NCBI GenBank assembly: GCA_048938895.1
Contig: JBHLLU010000035.1
Span: forward strand, 1-41,176
DNA length: 41,176 bases
Direction of reading: 5' to 3'
DNA from: Promethearchaeota archaeon
GTDB lineage: Archaea; Asgardarchaeota; Lokiarchaeia; Sigyniarchaeales; SOKP01
Positions within the stretch are counted from its first letter, which is position 1, and each line of letters begins with the position of its first letter. Under the pieces are notes generated by a model that made no database searches, was not told the DNA's origin, and saw only the letters and a program-made list of their open reading frames with translations. This document shows positions 1-9,500 of this stretch, in pieces. A program made the translations under genes and the position numbers.

Positions 1-2
1 TT

Positions 3-764
3 ATACATGTAGCCGCAATTATTCCTCCTCTTGCTGATAAGAAACCTAAATTTGCTAAGGCAGTTAATGTTGGAGGTACCGCTAATATTATCGAAGCTAT
101 GAAAAAACAACCCCTAAACCCAAAACTCATATTCACCTCCTCGGTAGCTGTATATGGTGATAGAATTAAGGAACCATTGATTCAAATAACTGATCCTGTT
201 AATCCTAATGATGATGATGAGTATGCGAAACAAAAAGTGAAATGTGAACAGCTTATTAAGGACTCAGGTTTAGATTGGGTAATATGTCGTCTAACTTATA
301 TTGTTTCAATTAATAAGCTTCAAATGGATCCTCTGATGTTTGAAATGCCACTTGATACATGTATTGAAATTTGTGATACAAAAGATGTTGGTTTAGCTCT
401 TGTAAATGCTGTGGAGAATAATGAGATTTGGGGTAAAATGATACATATTGCAGGAGGAGAACGATGTCGAATTTCATATCGGGCGTATCTTAATGAAATG
501 TTGGATATTTTTGGTATTGGTCATGAATTCTTACCTGAAGAAGCTTTCAGGCAGGATCGGGGTTTTCATTGTGGATTTATGACCACGGACAAAAGCCAAG
601 CACTTTTGAATTATCAAAGATATACACTTGAAGATTATTTTAATGCAGTTAAGAAAAAAGTTGCTATTTCAAGATATTTTACAATGATGGTAAGACCATT
701 TGCTCAAAGATATCTTTTAAACAAATCCTATTATTACAAACAGTATTTAAGTAACATTAAATAA
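3..764 (+). CDS. NAD-dependent epimerase/dehydratase (extended SDR), 5'-truncated by the window edge
   Basis: Frame is open from base 3 (IHVAAIIPP...VNVGGTANIIEAM), upstream of the listed ATG at 99. Contains FTSSVAVYG and the catalytic YxxxK (EYAKQK). Confidence 0.85.
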   Translation: MHVAAIIPPLADKKPKFAKAVNVGGTANIIEAMKKQPLNPKLIFTSSVAVYGDRIKEPLIQITDPVNPNDDDEYAKQKVKCEQLIKDSGLDWVICRLTYIVSINKLQMDPLMFEMPLDTCIEICDTKDVGLALVNAVENNEIWGKMIHIAGGERCRISYRAYLNEMLDIFGIGHEFLPEEAFRQDRGFHCGFMTTDKSQALLNYQRYTLEDYFNAVKKKVAISRYFTMMVRPFAQRYLLNKSYYYKQYLSNIK

Positions 765-863
765 TTTTAAAGCTATTTCAAATTCTCTTGATTTTCTAAT
801 TCTTGATAATAAATCTAAGTTATGTATCTAAGATTTATGTGACAAATTTCTTTTAGATAATTA

Positions 864-885
864 TATTGAAATTTGTGATACAAAA
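864..885 (+). repeat. 22-bp exact direct repeat TATTGAAATTTGTGATACAAAA (other copy at 362-383, inside the SDR gene)
   Basis: Identical 22-mer read at both positions. Confidence 0.8.
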
Positions 886-1108
886 AAAGTGACTTATTTC
901 AAAAATGTCTTATTTTTATTATTTATATGTTAGACTTTGATCGTTATTGTCCAATTTCCTAATATTTTCACAAATTTAATATCGAATTATCTTCATTCTA
1001 GATAAGAATGTTTTAATGTTGTTACCCCTTTAGAAAAAATTGCATATATAGACAAACAGTAAGAATTAAAAATATTGAAAATGAATAAATTTTAAAAAAA
1101 AACATTTA

Positions 1109-1136
1109 ATATTGATCTTGACAAAGAGATCAATAT
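1109..1136. promoter_or_regulatory. Perfect 10-bp inverted repeat ATATTGATCT-N8-AGATCAATAT, candidate operator upstream of the Sec-hdrA operon
   Basis: Dyad seen directly. It lies about 35 bp upstream of a TATA-like TTTATTAG (about 1173-1180) and about 90 bp upstream of the ATG. Confidence 0.45.
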
Positions 1137-1223
1137 CCGAACATAAATATATTCTAAAAAAAGCCTAAGAACTTTATTAGTATACACTTTTGTAAAAGCA
1201 CGAGGTGGATGTGAAAAAACAGA

Positions 1224-3167
1224 ATGATTAGTAATGAAAATCATCGGATTGGATACTATGCATGTCAATGAGGTGTAAATATCAAAACTAAAGTAGATTG
1301 TGATGAGTTAGTAGATTACGTTAAAAATCTTGGTGATGAAATTGTTATATCAAAGAAAAATTCATTTCTTTGAACTGATAATGCACAAAATGAAATAATT
1401 GAAGATATCGAAGAAAAGAACCTAAATAGAATAGTTGCATCGGCTTGAACACCCCGAACACATGAAGTAATTTATAGGAGCACTATTAGTAAAACAAATC
1501 TAAACCCCTATTTCTTCCAAATGGTAAATGTACGCGAACACTGTTCTTGGTGTACAGAAAGTAAAGAAGAAGCTACCGAAAAAGCAAAGAAATTAGTGAA
1601 AGGCGGTATCGAGCGAGTCAAAGTCCTAGAACCCGTTCCTATTAAAACGGTTCCGGTTACCAAAGCTACATTAGTAATCGGAGGAGGGATCGGTGGGATG
1701 AATGCTGCACTTGATTTAGCCAATCAGGGTGTCAAGGTTTATCTAGTAGAACAAAAAACCACAATTGGGGGAAGAATGTCTCAATTAGATAGAACTTTTC
1801 CCACAGATGATTGTGCAATATGAATTTGCGGGCCAAAAATGTTAGAAGTCAATAGGAATGAGAATATCGAATTACTTAGTTATAGTGAAGTAAAAAAAAT
1901 TGAGGGTTATGTAGGGAATTATAAGGTAACAGTCGAGAAAAAACCAAGATACACAACAGATGAATGTAATGGGTGTGGAGCTTGCGCAGAAGTATGCCCT
2001 GTATATACAACTAATTACTTTGATGAGAATCTTGGAGCACGAAAAGCTATAGACATTCCATTTGGTCAAGCAGTCCCTTTCCTATATGACATTGATAGAG
2101 ATGCTTGTGTAGAATGCTTTTCATGAGTTGATGCTTGTGAACTGGATGCTATTAACTTTAGCCAAGAACCAAGTGAAATAGAATTTAAAGTAGGTACAGT
2201 TATAATAGCTACAGGGTGGGACATTCATGAACCATTTGGTGAGTATGGTTATGGTGAGTTTGAAAATGTGATAACTCAGGCTCAACTCGAAAGAATGTTA
2301 GCTCCTAATGGCCCTTTGGAAGGACACATGAGAAGAATCTCAGATGATAAAAAACCCAAAGAAATTGTGTTCATCCAATGTGTTGGTAGTAGAGAAACTG
2401 AGAGAACATATTGTAGTGGAGTTTGTTGTATGCTTGCTTTAAAGAATGGGCGACTACTTTTGGAAGAATTCCCGGATGCTAAGATTACCATTTGTTATAT
2501 CGACATAAGAACTCCCGAAAAGGGATTTGAGGAATATTATGAGCGAGCTAAGGATGCAGGTATTAGACTGATTCGGGGAAAAGTTGGTGAAATTTCAGAG
2601 GATCCTGAAACAAAAAACATAAAAGTTCGAGTATATTCCACATTAACAGACAAAATCGTTAGGATTGATGCTGATTTAGTGGTATTATCTACAGCAGCAT
2701 TACCATCAAAAGGAACTCAACAAATTGTAAATGTTTTAAATCTTGATACAAATACGTATGGTTTTTTAACAGAATCACATTTCGGTTTAATGCCCCAAGA
2801 AACTAAATCAAAAGGAATTTTTATTGCAGGTTTCGCCCAAGGACCGAAGAATATTGCTTATTCCGTTTCTCAAGCTAGAGCTGCAGCTAGTAAAGTCGCT
2901 GAATTAACAGCTCCGGGAGAGATTGATATTGAGTTAATTACTGCTGAGGTTGATGGAGAATACTGCATCTTTTGCAGACGATGTGAAAAAGAATGCCCTA
3001 AGAATGCTATTAAGATTGATAAGGAGATTGGGGCATTTATTGATGAAATAAATTGTGATGGATGTGGTATATGTGCTGCTTGTTGCCCAACTCAAGCTAT
3101 TGATATAAGATATTATAGAGACCATCAAATTTTTGCTCAAATTGATGGATTGCTAGGAGGCGGTTAA
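1224..3167 (+). CDS. hdrA: Heterodisulfide reductase subunit A, selenoprotein with five predicted Sec (647 aa)
   Basis: One frame joins ORFs 1521-1823, 1839-2126 and 2268-3167 with an unlisted N-terminus. TGA at 1269, 1371, 1446, 1821 and 2124 gives ACQUG, SFLUT, SAUTPRTHE, DCAIUI and CVECFSUVDAC. Paralogues have CHCG, LYTCS, ASCTPRTHE, DCAICI and CxxCxxCxxxC. GGGIGG FAD motif, QCVGSR/YCSGVCC and a C-terminal ferredoxin are present. Confidence 0.92.
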
Positions 3168-3170
3168 ACA

Positions 3171-3644
3171 ATGGATAACTATAAATATAAGATTATTGCT
3201 TTTGCTTGTTTAAAATGAGGCTATAGCGCTGCTGATCTAGCGGGAGTATCTCGATTAAAATATCCCTCTTCTGTAAAAATCATTAGAGTACGTTGTACAG
3301 GGAGAGTTGATTTAAAGCATATACTTTATAGCATCAAAAGTGGAGCAGACGGTGTAATGGTTGTTGGATGACGACCTAATGAATGTCAGTTTAAAAAAGG
3401 GAATTTTACAGCTCAGAAACATATCGATTTAGCAAATAGGATTTTAGAGTCAAGAGGTTTCGGGAATCAAAGAATAAATATGTACTGGTTGAGTGGAGCA
3501 GAATCAGAAAAATTTGTAAAAAGTGTCGAAGATGCTATTGAAAAAGTAAAATTACTAGGTCCGAGTCCGCTTAACCTAATTGATAAGGAAGCAGAAATAG
3601 AAACCGAAGACACCAAACAGGTAATAATTGCCCCTATAGAATGA
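3171..3644 (+). CDS. mvhD: MvhD/VhuD-type [2Fe-2S] subunit, selenoprotein with two predicted Sec (157 aa; 160 aa ending at 3653 if the last TGA is read through)
   Basis: Absent from the ORF track. Reads MDNYKYKIIAFACLK-U(3216)-GYSAADLAGVSR...RCTGRVD...GADGVMVVG-U(3369)-RPNEC...LSGAE. Aligns with CCNWCSYAGADLAG and GCHIGDC in the Cys paralogues. SD GGAGG at 3156-3160. Confidence 0.9.
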
Positions 3645-3676
3645 TTCTCATAAAAAAATTCTAGTTATGAGATAAC
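3641..3676 (+). promoter_or_regulatory. Candidate SECIS-like hairpin with a non-canonical core
   Basis: AUGA-U-UCUCAUAA-(AAAAAUUCUAG loop)-UUAUGAGA-U-AA: an 8-bp stem with an A-rich 5' loop, directly 3' of the selenoprotein genes. The 3' core is AA, not the canonical GA. Confidence 0.35.
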
Positions 3677-3756
3677 TAACCTTGCGGAGGAAGGGGTCTT
3701 AAATTAGTATTCAATTCAAGAAATAAATTGTTTTTATAATAATAAATTAATCCAGA

Positions 3757-5265
3757 ATGGTTGGACATATGGTTCAAATTTCAAAAGGACTAAATTTTAA
3801 TGGGATTTCACCAAAAAATTTAATGGATGCTACCTATAATGCGCTTGAAAATTTTCAGATTAGAGCAATTTTTGAAGCAAAAGATGAAATCTTGAAAACG
3901 GGTAAATATTCCGAAGAAGAATTTTATAAATTATTAGATGCCATGATTGATGCTGAAACTGAACGTAAATTAATCCTAGAATCATTAAAAGGGAAAGAAC
4001 CATTATTTTTGGAAGAAATTGCGGAAACTATAAATGAATTCCCCTCTGAAAATGTCATTCGTGATGTACTGTACCTCAAAGAACAAGGATATATTGAGGA
4101 ACAAATTGAAATTAAGACTAAAACTGTTATAAAAAAAATTAAAGGAGAAGAGAAAGAAGTTGAAGAAAAAGAATATTTCTATCGATACCAAGTGAATGAT
4201 ATCCTTGAAAATTTTATGGAACATTTTTTTGAACCTGTTTCTATTGTATTTAATTCTGAGGTATGTTGTCAATGTGGTTGGTGCTCATCAATCTGTCCTG
4301 TTAACGCTATAATAGTAACAGCAGATACTTTAGAGATTGATGAGACTGCTTGTATGAAATGTGGTTTATGCTATTCTGTCTGCCCGAGATCATTTTCAAT
4401 TGAACAGGCAGGTAAAAGTATAAAAAAAATTGATAAATCTCTAACATTTTCAGAGATGATTAATGGATATATTAATACATATTCAGCTTCTACCACTAAA
4501 GATGAAATTAAAAAAGTCAGACAAGATGGAGGAATTGTTACTTCTCTACTTGAGCACTTACTCAAGAGTAATTTAGTGGATGCAATCATAGCTGTAAAAC
4601 ATTCAGAGAATCTATGGAAACCTGAACCCGTAATAATAGATAATGTTAATGATTTATATAACACTAGTGGTACCAAATATGCAAACGCCTCAACCTTAAG
4701 TATTCTAGATAAAGCAAGATCTTACAAAAACATCGCTGTAGTAGGTGTTCCATGTATGATGAATGCCTTAGAAAAAGGTAGTTTGTATCCAAGTGGTCAA
4801 CCTTTCTTCGATAATATAAAATATCGAATAGGTCTTTTTTGTATGGAGTCGTTTCCTTATGAAGGCGTTCTTAACTTAATTAAGGAGCAATTTCAGGCAG
4901 ATTTCAAGAAAGTAACAAAAATGGACATAAGTGGGGGAAAATTCATTATATATCTAGATTCCGGAGAGGATTTAAATGTTCCATTGAATGCTGTTAAATC
5001 TTATGCCCGTCATAATTGTCACTATTGTGAAGACCTAACTGCTGATTATGCTGATATCTCTGTTGGTTCTATTGGTTCTCCTAGTGGTTGGTCTACGGTA
5101 ATTACTAGAAATAAAAAAGGTGACAAAATCTTTAAAGATGCAGTTAAGGCGGGATTAATAGAGTTTAAAAGTTTAAAGGAGGTAAAACCAGGACAAGCTT
5201 TACTTGAAAGGATTGCTGGTACAAAAAGAAAAAATTGCAAACCTATTTTGTTACATAAGGATTAA
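3757..5265 (+). CDS. FrhB/FdhB-family F420-binding subunit with N-terminal helical/winged-helix region and 2[4Fe-4S] ferredoxin domain
   Basis: CCQCGWCSSICP and CMKCGLCYSVCP, plus FrhB motifs QDGGIVT, GTKY, VGVPC, IGLFCMESF and CHYCEDLTADYADISVG. Alternative start at 3769. Confidence 0.85.
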   Translation: MVGHMVQISKGLNFNGISPKNLMDATYNALENFQIRAIFEAKDEILKTGKYSEEEFYKLLDAMIDAETERKLILESLKGKEPLFLEEIAETINEFPSENVIRDVLYLKEQGYIEEQIEIKTKTVIKKIKGEEKEVEEKEYFYRYQVNDILENFMEHFFEPVSIVFNSEVCCQCGWCSSICPVNAIIVTADTLEIDETACMKCGLCYSVCPRSFSIEQAGKSIKKIDKSLTFSEMINGYINTYSASTTKDEIKKVRQDGGIVTSLLEHLLKSNLVDAIIAVKHSENLWKPEPVIIDNVNDLYNTSGTKYANASTLSILDKARSYKNIAVVGVPCMMNALEKGSLYPSGQPFFDNIKYRIGLFCMESFPYEGVLNLIKEQFQADFKKVTKMDISGGKFIIYLDSGEDLNVPLNAVKSYARHNCHYCEDLTADYADISVGSIGSPSGWSTVITRNKKGDKIFKDAVKAGLIEFKSLKEVKPGQALLERIAGTKRKNCKPILLHKD

Positions 5266-5294
5266 TGAAGATGTGAGAAAATTAAAACAAGGTT

Positions 5295-6566
5295 GTGAAT
5301 TCAATAACTGAGTCAAGAAAAGTAAAAAAGGATAAACCAACGGAACAATTTTTATCTTTAAACAAGATTTACGAGCCAGATTTAACTGAGTTCTTAAAAA
5401 AATGCTATCAATGTGCTCGTTGCTCAGGTGTATGCCAAATCAGTAAAGTTCAAAAATTTACACCTAGTAGAATAATCCAAATGATATTAGAAGGTTTTGA
5501 AGATGAGATAATTAACAGTCAGGTTTTATGGGATTGTTTAATGTGTAATAGTTGCTTGAAGCATTGTCCTAAAGATATAAATTTCGCTGATATTGTCAGA
5601 AATGCTAGATATAAAATGCGATTAAATAACATTGAGAATCCTGCTCGTGCTATTGCTCATAAAGGTATTTATCCTCTTATGTCCGAATTAATGATTCAAG
5701 ATAAGATGTCTATTGAAAAACCATTAGATTGGATTCCAAAAGGATGTAAGATTTCAGAAAAAGGAGATATATTATATTATGTTGGTTGTTTACCCTTCTT
5801 TAATTATGAATTTGAAGGTTCATATTCTATAGCAGAAAGCACATTAAAAATTATGTGCAAATTGGAAGAAGATCCAATTGTAGTTCAAAAAGATGAAATC
5901 TGTTGTGGTCATGATTTATATTGGGGTCAAGCAAAATTCGAAGAATTTATTGAATTAGCAAAAAGAAACATCAGTAATTTTGAAAAAGCAGGTATCCAAT
6001 CAATAGTTACAGCTTGTGCTGAATGCTACAGAACTTTTAAAATTGATTATCCAAATATTTTTGATGATTTTAACAAAAAATTTAAAGTTACACATATAAT
6101 TGAATATATTTTTGATAAATGGAAGCAAGGAAAAGTTCAATTTAAAAATCCTACTAAATCAAATGAAGTAATACCATTTACTTATCACGATCCCTGTAGG
6201 TTAAGTAGATTTTTGCCAAAAGATAATAAAATAACTGAGAAAGTCCGAGAGATTTTTACCCATTTGAAAACAATAGGATATCGCTTTAAAGAAATGGAAC
6301 ATAATAAAGAAAATTCCTATTGTTGTGGGGTAAATTCTTGGATGAATTGTAATGAAAAATCAAAAGCCTTAAGATATAAACGCCTTTTGGAAGCTAAGGC
6401 TGTTGGCATAAAGATGATTACTTCTTGTCCAAAATGTCGAATGCATTTAAATTGTTTAAAGAAGGATTATGAGGACTTTTCTGAAATTGAAATTTTAGAT
6501 TTTTCTGAATTTTTAGTAGATATGATTGAAATAGTTAATTCTAATCAAAATGAGGAAGAAAAGTAA
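5295..6566 (+). CDS. HdrD-like (HdrC-HdrB fusion) Fe-S oxidoreductase
   Basis: Two CxxCxxCxxxC motifs, then two CCG domains (VGC..CCG..CAEC; HDPC..CCG..CPKC). GTG start. Stop overlaps the next ATG (TAATG). Confidence 0.85.
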   Translation: MNSITESRKVKKDKPTEQFLSLNKIYEPDLTEFLKKCYQCARCSGVCQISKVQKFTPSRIIQMILEGFEDEIINSQVLWDCLMCNSCLKHCPKDINFADIVRNARYKMRLNNIENPARAIAHKGIYPLMSELMIQDKMSIEKPLDWIPKGCKISEKGDILYYVGCLPFFNYEFEGSYSIAESTLKIMCKLEEDPIVVQKDEICCGHDLYWGQAKFEEFIELAKRNISNFEKAGIQSIVTACAECYRTFKIDYPNIFDDFNKKFKVTHIIEYIFDKWKQGKVQFKNPTKSNEVIPFTYHDPCRLSRFLPKDNKITEKVREIFTHLKTIGYRFKEMEHNKENSYCCGVNSWMNCNEKSKALRYKRLLEAKAVGIKMITSCPKCRMHLNCLKKDYEDFSEIEILDFSEFLVDMIEIVNSNQNEEEK

Positions 6567-9500
6567 TGGAAAAAATTGGAGCTGTTTTAGTTATTGGTGG
6601 TGGTATTGCAGGTATTCAAACGTCGATAGATTTAGCAGATTCTGGCTTTAAAGTTTATCTAGCAGAATCTACAACAAGTATTGGTGGGGTAATGTCTCAA
6701 TTGGATAAGACTTTTCCAACTAATGACTGTGCAATTTGCATACTTGCCCCCAAATTAGTTCAAACTGGTCGTCATGAAAATATAGATATTTTGATTAATT
6801 CTTCAATTGAAAAAATTGATGGGAAACCTGGAAATTTTCTGGTTGACCTAACACAAAAGACCCTCCGACTGGATCAAAATAAATGCACTGGATGCGGCTT
6901 ATGCGCACAAGAATGTCCAATAGAGGCTATAGATTATTTTAATGAGAAATTTTCTAATAAAGCAGCAATTTCCGTAAAATTTCCCCAAGCAGTCCCATTA
7001 GTATATTCTATTAACAGAGAAAAATGTATTGGCTGTGGAATATGTAAAGGAATTTGTAAAGCCAAAGCTATAGATTATGAACTTCAAAATATAGAATTAA
7101 CTCTCAATGTGGGTGCAGTAGTGGTGGCAGTTGGATTTGATGAATATGATCCTACTCCATTAAAACAATATGGCTACGGAAAATACCTAAACGTGATTAC
7201 TAGTATTGAATTTGAGCGTATTCTTAGTGCTAGTGGACCACATTCAGGTTTAATACTGCGCCCTTCTGATGGAATTATTCCCAGAAAAATAGCTTTTTTA
7301 CATTGTATCGGTTCAAGAGACAGAAAACAAGGTATTGAGTATTGTTCCTCAGTATGTTGTATGTATACTACAAAAGAAGCAGTAATCGCAAAAGAACATA
7401 TGAATATTGTAGAGCCAACTATTTTTACGATGGATATAAGGGCGTTTGGTAAAGATTTCGATAAATATATTGAGCGAGCGAGAGATGAATATGGAGTAAG
7501 ATATATTAGGCGCAGGATTTCTTTTTTAAAAGAAGATCCCAACACAAAAAACCTTAAAGTCTATTATGAAATGGAAAATGGTAGAATAGTAGAAGAAGTT
7601 TTCAATCTAGTAATTCTTTCTGTAGGGATGCAACCTAATAATCAAGCAAAAGAATTGGCAAAGAAGTTAAATTTTGAATTAAATGAATATGGATTTTGTA
7701 AAACTGATACATTTTCTCCAGTAGAGACTTCAAGACCCGGGATTTATGTTTGTGGCGCTTTTTCATCCCCGAAAGATATTCCAGAAACAGTAATTGAAGC
7801 TAGTGCGGCTGCAGGACGTGTTAATGTTCTTTTATCAGAAGCAAGAAATAAACTAATCTCAAAGAAAGAACTACCAGCAGAAATTGATGTTAGTCATCAA
7901 CCTCCACGTATAGGAGTATTCATTTGTCATTGTGGTATAAATATTGGGGGTGTGGTTGATGTTCCTGGTGTGGTGGAATATGTTAAAACATTACCAAATG
8001 TTGTTTATGCAGAACATAATTTATATACTTGTTCTGCAGATACACAAACCAATATTAAGGAAAAAATAACAAAAAACAATCTTAATAGGGTTATTGTTGC
8101 CTCATGCACTCCAAGAACACATGAACCTTTATTTCAAGCAACTATAAGGGAGGTTGGTTTGAATAAGTATCTTTTTGAAATGGTTAACATCCGAGATCAA
8201 TGTTCATGGGTTCATATGCATGAACCAGAATTAGCAACAGCAAAATCAAAAGATTTGCTGAGGATGTCAATCGCAAAGGCTAGTCAATTAATTCCTTTGC
8301 AGGAACAAGAAATTTCCGTTATAAACAAAGGATTGATAATCGGTGGGGGTGTTTCTGGCATGTCCGCAGCATTAAATCTTGCCACTCAAGGATTTGAAGT
8401 GTTTTTGATAGAGAAGGAAGATTCTTTGGGTGGAATTGCTAAAAATCTATACATAACGTTAGAAAAAGATGATATTCAGGAATATATTAAAAACTTAATA
8501 GAAGAAGTTGAAAATAATCCACTTATCCAAGTATATAAAAACACACAAATTAATTCAATCTCAGGATATATTGGTAATTTTACTACTAATATCAGCTACC
8601 AAAATAGGAAAAAAAGTATTGATCTTGACCATGGAATAATAATTGTAGCAACTGGAGCAAAAGAATACCATCCAACAGAATATAATTTCGGGAGTGATCA
8701 AAGAATAATAACTCAAACTGAATTTGAGAAACTAATGTATACTACAGATAAAATAAATGGATTGAAATCAATTGTTATGATTCAATGTGTAGGATCACGA
8801 AATGAAGATCACCCATATTGTAGTCGAATTTGCTGTTCAGAAGCGATTAAAAATGCTTTGAAGGCAAAAGAGATCAACCCTGACATTGAAATTGTGGTTT
8901 TATATCGTGATATTAGAACATATGGTTTTAAAGAAAAATATTACAACTTAGCACGAGATAGAAAAGTCATATTTGTGAGATTTGATGAATCAAATCCCCC
9001 AGATCTTAAAATAAAAAACAAACAAGTGAAAATAATTGTAAACAACCCCGATCTTGGAGAACTTGAATTAAATCCAGATCTAATTGTATTAAGTACTGGA
9101 TTGGTTGCACCCATAGAGGAAAACGAAGACCTAGCGAAGATGTTAAAGGTTCCACTTAATGAAGACAAGTTCTTCTTAGAAGCTCATGTTAAATTAAGAC
9201 CAATTGATTTTGCAACAGACGGTATATATTTATGTGGATGTGCCCATTCACCTAAAAATATTAGAGAATCAATAGCGCAATCCTATGGTGCTGCTGCTCA
9301 AGCAGTCAAGATTTTAAGTGCTGAAAAAATTGTAACCTCTGGACTCGTTGCTGCGGTGATAGAAGAAAATTGTATTGGTTGTGGAAGTTGTCTTGAAGTT
9401 TGTCAGTTTAATGCCATTGAATTAATTGAAAAAGAAAAGGATTTTGAGGACTTTACATTTGTTATAAAAAAATCTCATATCAACCCTGCACTTTGCAAAG

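Noticed and set aside
765-1223. CRISPR array or mobile-element end in the repeat-containing intergenic region
   Set aside because: Repeats are few and irregularly spaced, with no spacers, cas genes or transposase.
1521-3167. ORFs 1521-1823, 1839-2126 and 2268-3167 as separate genes
   Set aside because: They are same-frame pieces of one HdrA separated only by TGA codons.
1224-3644. hdrA and mvhD as pseudogenes with nonsense mutations
   Set aside because: All seven interruptions are TGA, all at conserved Cys positions, with no frameshifts or TAA/TAG. Random decay would not do this.
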